From assembly GCA_020024455.1 (NCBI GenBank), contig JAHHTU010000005.1, forward strand, positions 1,460 to 65,459: DNA of 64,000 nucleotides. The letters are read 5' to 3'. The notes under the pieces are model-generated. The model made no database searches and had not been told where the DNA came from. It saw nothing but the letters and a program-made list of their open reading frames with translations. Below, in pieces: positions 29,142-38,889 of the stretch; position 1 is the first letter of the stretch; the number at the start of each line of letters is the position of its first letter. Both the position numbers and the translations under genes were made by a program. The stretch comes from Anaerotignum sp. Its GTDB lineage: Bacteria > Bacillota > Clostridia > Lachnospirales > Anaerotignaceae.

Positions 29142-30191
29142 TCAATCTGCTTCAATCATACGGTATCCTGCGGATTTTTGTAAACGGTTCATAATTGCCA
29201 AACCTTCTCCCGTTAGGGGGAATACTTCCGCATATACCACATCTGTTTGGCATACATCAAATTGTCGCAATACATGGAATAAATTTGCTCCGATTTCTTC
29301 CAATTTTTCACGACTGCCCACAGAAAGCACCACATCTGCATGGTATTTTGCTTTTGTTTGGTCAGTTGCCAAAACACCGACTTTTTTGCCCTGTGCTTTC
29401 TGTTTTTTTGCCAAATCATTGATACAACGAACCACATCATTTCCCTGCACCAAAAAAACGTCTGCCTTGGGTGCATAATGGGTGTATTTCATGCCCGGTG
29501 CTTTGGGGCGAAAATCCGTTGTCGGTTTTTGCAACAATGCTGCATCTATATCAACATCGCCCACCACTTGTGCCATCATTTCTTTTGTAATTGCTCCCGG
29601 ACGCAATATCATGGGCGGTGTCACCGAAACGTCTACAATGGTGGATTCCAATCCCCATGTGGTTGCACCGCCGTCCAATATCATATCAATTTTGCCGTCC
29701 AAATCCAAAGCAACGTGTTCTGCTCTGGTCGGACTTGGTTTGCCTGACGTGTTGGCACTGGGGGCAGCGATTGGCAGTCCTGCTTTGCGAATCAGTGCCA
29801 TCGCCACAGAATGTGACGGAAACCGTACTGCCACTGTATCCAAACCACCTGTCACTGTATCCGGCACACAGTCTGCTTTTTGAAAAATCATAGTCAATGG
29901 GCCGGGCCAAAATGCATCTATCAATTTTTGTGCTGCTTGCGGAATATCCCTTACAATCGGACGCAACTCATCTATATGAGAAATGTGCAGTATCAACGGA
30001 TTGTCGGAAGGTCTGCCTTTCGCCTCATAAATGCGTTTGCAAGCTGCTTCGTCCAAACCGTTTGCCCCCAAACCATAAACGGTTTCTGTGGGAAATGCCA
30101 CCAAACCGCCTTGTTGCAATATTTGTGCAGCCTGTGCAATGATATCTGCCTCGGGATATTGCGTATGCACCTTTTTTTGCATGGTTTTCAT
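29142..30191 (-). CDS. sua5: L-threonylcarbamoyladenylate synthase (Sua5 type)
   Basis: FPTETVYGLGA, KGRPSDNPLI, PSANTSG, ESTIVD and PGMKYTHYAP motifs; start placed after the SEC-C gene stop. Confidence 0.95.
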   Translation of the reverse strand: MKTMQKKVHTQYPEADIIAQAAQILQQGGLVAFPTETVYGLGANGLDEAACKRIYEAKGRPSDNPLILHISHIDELRPIVRDIPQAAQKLIDAFWPGPLTMIFQKADCVPDTVTGGLDTVAVRFPSHSVAMALIRKAGLPIAAPSANTSGKPSPTRAEHVALDLDGKIDMILDGGATTWGLESTIVDVSVTPPMILRPGAITKEMMAQVVGDVDIDAALLQKPTTDFRPKAPGMKYTHYAPKADVFLVQGNDVVRCINDLAKKQKAQGKKVGVLATDQTKAKYHADVVLSVGSREKLEEIGANLFHVLRQFDVCQTDVVYAEVFPLTGEGLAIMNRLQKSAGYRMIEAD

Positions 30192-30195
30192 CTGA

Positions 30196-30696
30196 TTACA
30201 GATTTGCTCCGCAACATTTTTTGTATTTTTTACCGCTTCCGCATGGACAAGGGTCATTACGTCCGATTTTTTCACCTTTGATGATTGTGCGAGAGCGTTT
30301 TTGTTCCAACATCAATTTTCTTCTGGTATCTGCGTCAAAAATATTGTCCCATTCAGGCAAGCGATACAAATGTTCCGCATGGTATTCCACCATTTTTTTA
30401 TACAAACGTGCAAAATCAATATCCAAAATGATAATGGAATCTTCTTCCAAACTTGGCATATCATATGCATTGGGCAATACGTCATTGATACCGTCGATAA
30501 AAGCAACAATTTCTTCTGTTGTCATGGCAAAACGTTGTGCCAATTCTGTCACAGAACCTTCCAACTTTGTTACTTTTTCACGCAAAATATATTCATAGAT
30601 TTTTTGTTCTTTTGGCATATAGCTTTCCCAAACCTCATCTACGCTTCTGCCATCTTTTGAAAATGCTTTTTTCATCCAATTTTCATATAAACTCAT
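30196..30696 (-). CDS. SEC-C metal-binding domain protein
   Basis: C-terminal [20 protein letters not shown]; aaggag RBS. Confidence 0.92.
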   Translation of the reverse strand: MSLYENWMKKAFSKDGRSVDEVWESYMPKEQKIYEYILREKVTKLEGSVTELAQRFAMTTEEIVAFIDGINDVLPNAYDMPSLEEDSIIILDIDFARLYKKMVEYHAEHLYRLPEWDNIFDADTRRKLMLEQKRSRTIIKGEKIGRNDPCPCGSGKKYKKCCGANL

Positions 30697-30876
30697 CAAT
30701 CTTTCTCTCCTTTGTATATCATTTGTTTCAAAATTTCTGAAAATAAAAAACTTATCATTTGCCATGATAATATAAATTGTGCTCATTTGCAACTAAAAAT
30801 CACAAATTTGCATAGACAAACCGTATAAAAACAGAAGTTTTTTCCGTTTTCATACGGTTTGTGTTGTATGTTGTAT

Positions 30877-31242
30877 TTATGCAATCAAACTTCGTTTTGT
30901 CAAAATGGTGCTTTTTTCAGATACTGCCTGTGTTTGCTTTGGTTGTACTGCTTGCACTTGCTCTGTCAAAATCTTTGTAATCTTGTTTTGTTCCACAAAT
31001 TTTTGCATCGCACATACGGGTTCACAATCCCATAAAAAGGAAAACTGCCCGCCCAAACTGCAAACATATTCTGCCAATGTTTGTATCTGTTCCATGTCAC
31101 TTGTTTGAGGGCTGTCTGCAATATGTAGCACATATAATTGTCCTGCACACGCTTTTGCCATGTCATATCCCCATGCGATAAATTGCTTTGATTGTTGCTG
31201 TGCTGTAATCAAAACCAATATGTTTTCATTTTTTGTGTTCAT
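30877..31242 (-). CDS. Universal-stress (UspA/KdpD-type) domain protein, divergent
   Basis: NILVLIT....FI..G...A....QLYVLHI...KF...NKITKIL pattern; aaggagg RBS. Confidence 0.65.
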   Translation of the reverse strand: MNTKNENILVLITAQQQSKQFIAWGYDMAKACAGQLYVLHIADSPQTSDMEQIQTLAEYVCSLGGQFSFLWDCEPVCAMQKFVEQNKITKILTEQVQAVQPKQTQAVSEKSTILTKRSLIA

Positions 31243-31403
31243 GAAACAATGCCTCCTTCAAAAAGTATCAAACATACCATTCCTTTTCTGTTTTATGAAT
31301 ATCCGACACAGAAAAGAACCACACGCTTTTTTCATTTTTATCATAACACATAAATAGAAGAAAACATTGATGATTTCTTTTAATTCTTTCTTACGATTTC
31401 TCA

Positions 31404-31439
31404 AAAAAAAGACAGATTTTTGAAAAATCTGTCTTTTTT
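31404..31439 (-). terminator. Terminator after the lipoprotein gene
   Basis: aaaaaagacagattttt-g-aaaaatctgtctttttt. Confidence 0.8.
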
Positions 31440-31441
31440 GT

Positions 31442-31924
31442 TTATTCTTGTGTATCTTCTGTATTTTGTTCTGTGTCCGATTGTGTTTCCGTCTCAGACA
31501 TGGTATCTTCTATGACGTCATCTTCCATGGACAATGTTTCACCATGTGTCACAACATTATCGCCGTTTTCCTGTGTGAATGTAATTTTATCCCCATCTTT
31601 TAATGTAACATTTTCCCAAACATTCTCTGTGCCATCGCTGAATGTCATCTGCACCTGCCAGCCGTCTTCCACCACAGGCACTTGCCCATTCAAAGATACA
31701 GGCACTTCATATCCTGTTTTCCAAACATCTTTTTGCAACAAATTGTTTGTCCAGTTATATTCTTCTGTGGGACGGATTTTCAATGTAGACACATCTTGCC
31801 CTGTTTCATTGATAAATGTCATGGTATAATCCACTTCCTGTTGTGGTAATTTTTCTTTTCCGCAAGCAGAAAACACTCCCAAACTGCACACCAAAGCCAA
31901 ACACAACGCCAATTTTTTTTTCAT
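31442..31924 (-). CDS. Hypothetical lipoprotein with acidic tail
   Basis: Signal peptide with lipobox FSAC; beta-rich FINETG.DV..L.I.P domain. Confidence 0.8.
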   Translation of the reverse strand: MKKKLALCLALVCSLGVFSACGKEKLPQQEVDYTMTFINETGQDVSTLKIRPTEEYNWTNNLLQKDVWKTGYEVPVSLNGQVPVVEDGWQVQMTFSDGTENVWENVTLKDGDKITFTQENGDNVVTHGETLSMEDDVIEDTMSETETQSDTEQNTEDTQE

Positions 31925-31951
31925 TTTTTCAAACCCTTTCTATCTTTGTTC

Positions 31952-32752
31952 TTACTCTGCCGCATATGGCTCAAACACAATACTGTCTATGGTGACATCT
32001 TGCACCGGTTTGGACTGTGCCCCAACTTCTTTTGCCGCAATTTTGTCCACAACGTCCATACCTTCTATCACTTGCCCAAATATGGTATAGGGACTTCCAT
32101 AAATATATTCCAAATGAATGGCACCGCCATGTTCCTGATAATATGCCAGCACATCATCTGAGAACAATGCTGTCAAAGGATAAAATACATTGTTGATGCT
32201 CAATCCCAATTCTTCCTCGTTGGTGTCTCTTGCTTCTTTTAACTTATTGATGTAATCTTCTACCACAGATTTTTGCTGCACAATGAAAAATTGACTGCCA
32301 TTGGTGTTTGGGCCGCTGTTTGCCATTGCCAAAGCACCATTATAAAAATGCAGATTCGGAGAAATTTCATCTTCAAATGCTTCGCCCCACATACTTTCTC
32401 CGCCTGCACCGGTACCGGTTGGGTCACCGCCTTGTATCATAAAATCCTCAATGACTCTATGAAATGTCAATCCATCGTAATATCCTTTTTGTGCCAAAGT
32501 TTTGAAATTTTCCACCGCTTTGGGGGCTTCTTCCGGGAACAAACGCAATTTGATAACACCCTCCGATGTGGTCATCACAGCGATTTCTTCTCCTGGCTGT
32601 GGCTGTTGTGCCTGTATAATCGTATCTTTGACCTCTCCTGTTTGTGCAGGGGGTGTTGTGTTTTGGTTTTGTTCTGTTTCTTCTTTTGCACCACACGCCG
32701 TTGTTGCAAATACCAACATCGCCGCCATCAGCAAGCCCATATATTTTTTCAT
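31952..32752 (-). CDS. Cyclophilin-type peptidyl-prolyl isomerase lipoprotein
   Basis: Lipobox TTAC; FHRVIEDFMIQGGDP, LAMANSGPNTNGSQFFI and YTIFGQV motifs. Confidence 0.95.
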   Translation of the reverse strand: MKKYMGLLMAAMLVFATTACGAKEETEQNQNTTPPAQTGEVKDTIIQAQQPQPGEEIAVMTTSEGVIKLRLFPEEAPKAVENFKTLAQKGYYDGLTFHRVIEDFMIQGGDPTGTGAGGESMWGEAFEDEISPNLHFYNGALAMANSGPNTNGSQFFIVQQKSVVEDYINKLKEARDTNEEELGLSINNVFYPLTALFSDDVLAYYQEHGGAIHLEYIYGSPYTIFGQVIEGMDVVDKIAAKEVGAQSKPVQDVTIDSIVFEPYAAE

Positions 32753-32926
32753 ATGTCATTCCTCCATACTCTTTGTTATTTTGCATAAAATTTATTGTAG
32801 TATATGATAAAAGATACTGTCAATTCGTTTTTCTTAATTCTTTATTAAAATTTTACATTTTATTTTATCATAGCCGCATACTTTGTACAATTATGACTTT
32901 CTTTTTTTGTTTTCTATGTATATCCG

Positions 32927-32956
32927 TTGACAGAAAAGCCCAAAATATAGTAAAAT
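32927..32956 (+). promoter_or_regulatory. Sigma-A promoter of the metG leader
   Basis: TTGACA-18 nt-TAAAAT. Confidence 0.6.
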
Positions 32957-32963
32957 GCAAGGG

Positions 32964-33232
32964 ATAACAGCTGTGAAAAGGAGAGTAAGCGATACGCAAT
33001 GCCACAGAGAGCCTCTGTTTGCTGAAAAGAGGTGCAAAACCATCGCCGAACATGACCTTGGAGCTTCGCCCCCGACTGTTTTTACAAAAAGCACAGGCGG
33101 CGACGGGATACGCCCGTTATGGCGTAAAGGTATGAACAGTACCTAGTGAGGTCTTTTTTGCGAAAAAAAGATGAAATAAGGTGGTATCACGGCATAATGT
33201 CCGTCCTTTGTGCAGAAGGACGGCTTTTTTTA
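32964..33232 (+). ncRNA. T-box riboswitch with Met specifier
   Basis: Stem I AGAGA bulge and GCTGAAA loop; specifier ATG in GAACATGA (33052-33054); T-box AAGGTGGTATCACG; terminator ccgtccttt..gaaggacgg-T run; upstream of metG. Confidence 0.93.
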
Positions 33233-33286
33233 TTGTTCTGCCACCCAACGAAAAAAATAACCATTCATAAAAAAGGAGTGATATTT

Positions 33287-35260
33287 GTGGAAAAAGAAAA
33301 ATTTTATATTACCACACCCATTTACTACCCCAGTGACAAGCTGCATATCGGACATTCTTATTGTACCGTTGCCACAGACACTATGGCACGTTATAAAAGA
33401 CTGCGTGGCTATGATGTCATGTTTCTGACCGGTACGGACGAACATGGGCAAAAAATCGAACGTATTGCCAACAGCCAAAACATGACACCCAAACAATATA
33501 CGGATAAAGTGGTGACAGGTATCAAAGAGCTGTGGGATACATTATGCATTTCCTACGATAAATTTATCCGTACCACAGACGATTATCATGTAAAAACCGT
33601 ACAAAAAATATTCAAACAACTGTATGACCAAGGGGATATTTACAAAAGTGCTTACGAAGGTTGGTATTGCACCCCTTGCGAATCTTTCTTCACAGAACAT
33701 CAGTTGGTTGACGGCAAATGCCCCGACTGTGGCAGAGATGTGGAATTGCTCAAAGAAGAAAGCTATTTCTTCCGTCTTTCCAAATACCAAGACAGAATTA
33801 TCAAATATATGGAAGAAAATCCGGAATTTTTACAACCAAACACACGTCAAAACGAAATGATTAACAACTTCTTAAAACCCGGTTTGGAAGATTTGGCAGT
33901 ATCCCGTACCTCTTTCAAATGGGGTGTACCTGTGGAATTTGACCCCGGTCATATTGTATATGTTTGGGTAGACGCATTGTCCAACTATATTACTGCATTG
34001 GGATATGGCACAGAAGATGACAGTTTGTTCCAAAAATTCTGGCCCGCCGATGTACACGTTGTCGGAAAAGAAATTGTGCGTTTCCATGCCATCATATGGC
34101 CTGCTATGCTGATGGCATTGCACCTGCCTTTGCCAAAACAGATTTTCGGACATGGCTGGTTAGTCATCAATGGTGGTAAAATGTCCAAATCTGTGGGGAA
34201 TGTGGTTGACCCCAATGTATTGGTAAACAAATATGGCGTAGATGCTATCCGTTATTTCTTGTTACGTGAAATCGCATTCGGACAAGATGGCAACTTTACC
34301 AACGAAGCACTCATACAACGTATCAATTCCGACTTGGCAAACGATTTGGGTAACTTGGTTTCCAGAACCGCCGGCATGATTGAAAAATATTTCGACGGAC
34401 AACTGCCCGAAACACACACAGCAACCGCATTTGATGCAGAATTGCAGGAAATGGCAAAAACAACGGTTGCCAATGTGGAAACGGCTATGGAAAAAATGTT
34501 TTTCAGTGACGCATTGATTGAAATTTGGAATTTGGTTCGCAGAACAAACAAATATATTGATGAAACACAACCTTGGATTCTTTGCAAAGACGAGAGCAAA
34601 AAAGCAGAATTGGCAAATGCATTGTATCATGTGGCAGAAAGCATTCGTATCATCTCTGTATTGATTACACCTTTTATGCCCAATACACCTGCAAAAATGC
34701 GTGTACAATTCTGTATCGAAGAAGGCGAAGCAACCACTTGGGAAAGCACAAAAACATGGGGCGTATTGCCAAAAGCACTGAAAGCGGTCAAAGGAGAAAC
34801 ATTGTTCCCCCGTATTGATATGAAAAAAGAATTGGCAGAATTAGATGCTGCCATCAAAGCCTCTCAGGCAACCTCCATTGCAAACCAACAGAAAAAAGAA
34901 GAACCCAAACACAATGAACCCGAATACCCTGCGGAAATTACCATTGATGATTTCTGCAAAGTACAACTCAAAGTGGGCGAAGTGATAGAAAGTGCCGAAG
35001 TCAAAGGTTCTAAAAAATTATTGCGTAATATCGTCAAATTCGGGGAAGAAGAAAGAGTGATTTTCTCCGGCATCAAAGGCACATATGCCCCCGGTGAACT
35101 GGTTGGCAAACGTGTTGTGGTTGCATATAACCTCAAACCCAGAAAAATGATGGGTGAAATGTCCTATGGTATGATTTTGTGTGCCGAAGACGGAGACGGC
35201 AAACTGTCCATACTGACCACAGCGGACGAAAACTTTGCAAGCGGCAGCGGGATTAGCTAA
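33287..35260 (+). CDS. metG: Methionine--tRNA ligase with C-terminal tRNA-binding domain
   Basis: HIGH, GTDEHGQK, zinc knuckle, YVWVDAL and KMSKS motifs; aaggag RBS before GTG 33287. Confidence 0.98.
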   Translation: MEKEKFYITTPIYYPSDKLHIGHSYCTVATDTMARYKRLRGYDVMFLTGTDEHGQKIERIANSQNMTPKQYTDKVVTGIKELWDTLCISYDKFIRTTDDYHVKTVQKIFKQLYDQGDIYKSAYEGWYCTPCESFFTEHQLVDGKCPDCGRDVELLKEESYFFRLSKYQDRIIKYMEENPEFLQPNTRQNEMINNFLKPGLEDLAVSRTSFKWGVPVEFDPGHIVYVWVDALSNYITALGYGTEDDSLFQKFWPADVHVVGKEIVRFHAIIWPAMLMALHLPLPKQIFGHGWLVINGGKMSKSVGNVVDPNVLVNKYGVDAIRYFLLREIAFGQDGNFTNEALIQRINSDLANDLGNLVSRTAGMIEKYFDGQLPETHTATAFDAELQEMAKTTVANVETAMEKMFFSDALIEIWNLVRRTNKYIDETQPWILCKDESKKAELANALYHVAESIRIISVLITPFMPNTPAKMRVQFCIEEGEATTWESTKTWGVLPKALKAVKGETLFPRIDMKKELAELDAAIKASQATSIANQQKKEEPKHNEPEYPAEITIDDFCKVQLKVGEVIESAEVKGSKKLLRNIVKFGEEERVIFSGIKGTYAPGELVGKRVVVAYNLKPRKMMGEMSYGMILCAEDGDGKLSILTTADENFASGSGIS

Positions 35261-36015
35261 TGTACTTTGAATCTCACGCACACTATGATGACAGACGATT
35301 TCGACAGGACAGGGAAGAGCTGTTGACGCTCCTTCCCTCTTGTGGGATTGATTATGTGGTCAATATCGGCTGCGATATCAAAAGCTCCAAGCAAAGCATT
35401 CGCCTTGCCGAACAATACGACTATATTTATGCCACAGTGGGCATTCACCCACACGAATTATATGATATGTCATCACAAACCATTGCACAACTCCGTCAAC
35501 TTTGTGCAAACCCAAAAGTAGTTGCCATCGGGGAAATCGGTCTGGATTATTACTATGACACCCACCCCAGAGAGTTGCAACAATTTTGGTTTCGTCAGCA
35601 ATTACGCCTTGCAGAGGAAATGAAAAAACCCGTTGTCATTCATTCTCGGGAGGCATCACAAGAAACATTTGATATCATCAAAAGCTCCTCTGTGCGAGAA
35701 GGTGTGATTCATTGTTATTCCGGCTCTTGGCAAATGGCTGTGGATTATGCCAATATGGGATTTTACATCGGCGTTGGTGGTGTGGTGACATTTTCCAATG
35801 CAAAAAAATTGGTGGAAGTGGTCGAACATCTTCCTTTGGAAAAAATTTTGATTGAAACCGACTCTCCTTATCTTGCACCAAACCCCAACCGTGGCAAACG
35901 CAACGATTCCCGCAATTTGGAATATATTGTAAACAAAATTGCAGAAATTAAAAATTTGTCACCAGAAAATGTCGCAAAAGTTACACAAAATAACGCAAAA
36001 TCATTGTTTTTTTAA
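35260..36015 (+). CDS. tatD: TatD-family hydrolase
   Basis: SHAH, GIHPH, GEIGLDY, IHSREA, HCYSG and ETDSPYLAP motifs. Confidence 0.96.
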   Translation: MYFESHAHYDDRRFRQDREELLTLLPSCGIDYVVNIGCDIKSSKQSIRLAEQYDYIYATVGIHPHELYDMSSQTIAQLRQLCANPKVVAIGEIGLDYYYDTHPRELQQFWFRQQLRLAEEMKKPVVIHSREASQETFDIIKSSSVREGVIHCYSGSWQMAVDYANMGFYIGVGGVVTFSNAKKLVEVVEHLPLEKILIETDSPYLAPNPNRGKRNDSRNLEYIVNKIAEIKNLSPENVAKVTQNNAKSLFF

Positions 36016-36031
36016 AAAAGGGTTGCATAAT

Positions 36032-36048
36032 TGTTACAAATGTGTTAA
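36032..36048 (+). promoter_or_regulatory. WalR/OmpR-type direct repeat
   Basis: TGTTAC-AAATG-TGTTAA matches TGTWAH-N5-TGTWAH; lies within a TTGCAT-17-TAATAT promoter candidate. Confidence 0.5.
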
Positions 36049-36307
36049 TATATCCATTGTAAATAGAAATGAAGGTATATCGTTATGATATATCTTTATT
36101 TTTTGCAGTTGTATCAAACATAGTAATTTCATATGGAAGTGACGACTTTCATATCCGTTGCGACTGCGATGTCCAATCCCCCCCTATGTGGCTTGGGCAA
36201 GGCATAAAATCTAATGTCTATCATCAAAAACGAGCGGAACGCAGAACATTTGGTTTCCCACAAAACCAAAAACCCAAAAATTTCAGCCTGCGTTCAAGGA
36301 GGAGAAA

Positions 36308-37117
36308 ATGAAAACACATCTTAGAGTATTTGCTATCGTGGTATTTATATTAGCAATCGGCTGTGGCACAGCGTCCGCATACACAAAAGAAGGTATGCAT
36401 TCCGTAGTATTGGATTTAGACGGTGTCCCCCGTATGGTAACCACCGATAAAGAAACCGTTGGCGAATTGGTTTTGGAATTGAGCCAAAACATGGACACCC
36501 AATACGTTGTAACAGATGCACAAGACGCTACCCCCATCACAGACCAGATGGAAATCACATTGACATCTAAAACAGAAAAAATGGTTTCTACCACAAAAGT
36601 AATGCCTTTTGAAACCGTAGAACGTCAAAATGACGAAATGTTAAAAGGCGAATCCCGTGTGGTACAAAACGGTGTCGACGGCAAAATGTCTGTCATCAAC
36701 AAAGAAATCTATCATGGTGCAGAATTGGTTGACACTGTATTTGTAGAAGAAAAAGTAGAAACTGCACCGGTCAATAAAATCATTGAAGTTGGTACCAAAG
36801 TACCCAAACCCAAAAATGTCATTGACGGTCACAAATATTCCCGTATGCTTTCTGTCAGAGCAACCGCATACACACCATATGACCCCGGCTGTAATGGTAT
36901 CACAGCAACAGGTACAAAGGCAGGCAGAGGCACAGTTGCCGTAGACCCCAGAGTCATTCCTTTGGGTTCTAAGGTATATGTACCCGGTTATGGTGTTGCC
37001 GTTGCCGCAGACACAGGCGGTGCTATCAAAGGCAACAAATTGGACGTTTGCTACCCCACATTGAACGAAGCAAGAACTTGGGGCGTAAAAAACGTAAATG
37101 TTTATATTTTAGAATAA
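36308..37117 (+). CDS. Secreted G5 + 3D domain cell-wall protein (YabE/Sps-like)
   Basis: Signal peptide, G5 (PFET...VVQNGVDG...IIEVGTK) and 3D (ATAY, TATG, VAVDPRVIPLGS, AADTGGAIKGNKLDV); metG-tatD-yabE order. Confidence 0.93.
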   Translation: MKTHLRVFAIVVFILAIGCGTASAYTKEGMHSVVLDLDGVPRMVTTDKETVGELVLELSQNMDTQYVVTDAQDATPITDQMEITLTSKTEKMVSTTKVMPFETVERQNDEMLKGESRVVQNGVDGKMSVINKEIYHGAELVDTVFVEEKVETAPVNKIIEVGTKVPKPKNVIDGHKYSRMLSVRATAYTPYDPGCNGITATGTKAGRGTVAVDPRVIPLGSKVYVPGYGVAVAADTGGAIKGNKLDVCYPTLNEARTWGVKNVNVYILE

Positions 37118-37131
37118 TCATTGGATAAAAC

Positions 37132-37170
37132 AAAAAACTCCATTCCCTTACTGAGAATGGAGTTTTTTTT
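37132..37170. terminator. Bidirectional terminator overlapping the yihY stop
   Basis: aaaaaactccattc-loop-gaatggagtttttt. Confidence 0.8.
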
Positions 37171-38005
37171 CTGTTTCTTTTTGAAATGTCTTTTTGATGG
37201 CAACATTAAACACAGCTCCCATCAACATGGTTGTCATGCTAAAATTGAGCCATACCAATAACGCAATTATCACACCAATAGAACCATAAATAACGGAATA
37301 TTTCCCAACACGATTGACATACACAGAAAAGATAAACGAAAATATAAGCCAAATCACCACTGCCATCAATGCCCCCGGCAACACATATCTGGGCGGCTGT
37401 TTTTTTGCAGGGGAAAGATAATAAATTGCTGACAGTACAAACAACAACGCCATTGCCATCAGTACAAAACGCATTTTTGCAAAATCTATGATAAAATCAG
37501 GAGCCAATGGAATATATGTCGAAACAAACTGCAAAAAACGCTCCCCCAACAATAATAAAATCACAAGCACAGGAATGAGGACAATCATCAATACCGTTAA
37601 AATTGCCATACGTATATAATGCACAGATGCCTCTTCGCTTTCGTAAATATCATTGACTGCTTTCATCAAATTGGAAACGGCACGCAACGGAAACCACACC
37701 GTAAACACCAAACCGAATGTCAATAACGCATTGTTGCTGTTTGCCGTAATATGCGTCAATATAGCGTTCAACAATCCCACCACATCTGCCGGCAGAAATT
37801 TTGTGATTTCCCCCTCCAATGTCAACATGGGCAAATGCAAAAGCCCCAACAATGATGTCACAAATATCAAAAACGGAAATAACGCAAACAACAAATAATA
37901 TGTCATGGCGGCGGCTGTCCTGCCAACACCGTTTTCAAAATAACCAAAAGCCATAAAATACAATAACTTTTGCCACTTTCGTTCGGGTACTTTTTTCCAA
38001 TGCAT
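37148..38005 (-). CDS. YihY/virulence factor BrkB family membrane protein
   Basis: AAAMTYYLLFALFP, LPGAL, YSVIYGSIG and LVWL....LMGA.FN motifs. Confidence 0.9.
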   Translation of the reverse strand: MHWKKVPERKWQKLLYFMAFGYFENGVGRTAAAMTYYLLFALFPFLIFVTSLLGLLHLPMLTLEGEITKFLPADVVGLLNAILTHITANSNNALLTFGLVFTVWFPLRAVSNLMKAVNDIYESEEASVHYIRMAILTVLMIVLIPVLVILLLLGERFLQFVSTYIPLAPDFIIDFAKMRFVLMAMALLFVLSAIYYLSPAKKQPPRYVLPGALMAVVIWLIFSFIFSVYVNRVGKYSVIYGSIGVIIALLVWLNFSMTTMLMGAVFNVAIKKTFQKETEKKLHSQ

Positions 38006-38009
38006 ATGG

Positions 38010-38762
38010 TCAACCCCTTTTTCGTTTTTGAATGTGATAATTGCAAGCCGTTACCATATGCATAGGCAAATGCTTTTGCATCAGATACACCAATTTTGTC
38101 CCCTTATCAGGCAATATCACTGTTTTTCCACGAAATAAGCCCTTTAATCCCTCTTTTGCGGCTTTTTTGGGGGATATGCCTTTGACCGCAGAAACGGCGT
38201 TTGCATTACGGTTAAAATCCGTATCCACAGGCCCTGCACACAGCACCGCCACTTTTACATTGCTTTTTTCCTGCCGCAATTCTTCTGCAATGGCTTGTGT
38301 CAAACGCAATACATAACTTTTGCCTGCATAATAAGATGCCATGCAAGGCCCTGCACCAAATCCCGCAGAAGACGATACATTCAAGATATACCCATGATTT
38401 CTTTTACGAAAATCTTTCAAAAACAGCTTTGTCAGCATATGCACCGCTTCCACATTCAAAGAAAGCATATCCAATTCCTGTTTTAACGCTGTTTCCCAAA
38501 ACATACCCACAACACCCACACCGGCATTGTTGATGACAATATCCATGTTTTGCTGTCGCAATGTTTCATACAACATCTCACACGCCTTGGGATTAGACAA
38601 ATCCGCAGGTATGATTTGCACATTGGTATCCAACTTCTTTTGCATCTGTTTCAGTTTTTCCACATTCCTGCCTGTCAACACCAAATCCACGCCTTGTTTT
38701 GCCAACAGCAAAGCAAATGCCTGTCCCATACCACCCGTTGCCCCTGTAATCAATGCACGCAT
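38010..38762 (-). CDS. Short-chain dehydrogenase/reductase
   Basis: ALITGATGGMG, INNAG, NVSS and YYAGK motifs; aggagg RBS before ATG 38762. Confidence 0.92.
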   Translation of the reverse strand: MRALITGATGGMGQAFALLLAKQGVDLVLTGRNVEKLKQMQKKLDTNVQIIPADLSNPKACEMLYETLRQQNMDIVINNAGVGVVGMFWETALKQELDMLSLNVEAVHMLTKLFLKDFRKRNHGYILNVSSSAGFGAGPCMASYYAGKSYVLRLTQAIAEELRQEKSNVKVAVLCAGPVDTDFNRNANAVSAVKGISPKKAAKEGLKGLFRGKTVILPDKGTKLVYLMQKHLPMHMVTACNYHIQKRKRG

Positions 38763-38845
38763 ATACAAACTCCTCCTATCCTGTTTTCGATTATACCGTA
38801 TTTTTGACAGCATTTTCAAGAAATCCCAACCGCAATTTTCCACAA

Positions 38846-38882
38846 AAAAAGAAAAACCAATGAAATACTTCATTGGTTTTTC
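38846..38882 (-). terminator. Terminator after the thiamine-salvage operon
   Basis: gaaaaaccaatgaa-atac-ttcattggtttttc perfect 14-bp stem. Confidence 0.75.
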
Positions 38883-38889
38883 TGATGAT

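Noticed and set aside
30192..30275. N-terminal extension of the Sua5 ORF (track start 30275)
   Set aside because: Overlaps the conserved SEC-C motif of the upstream gene; ATG 30191 gives a normal-length protein
33146..33286. N-terminal extension of MetG
   Set aside because: It is the T-box antiterminator/terminator region; the RBS supports GTG 33287
36055..36305. ydaO (c-di-AMP) or c-di-GMP riboswitch call for the 3D-gene leader
   Set aside because: The conserved cores (GCUGAAUCC, CCCGAA.CCGUCAGCUAAC; GGCAAA/GCAAA) are not seen; kept only as an unassigned structured leader
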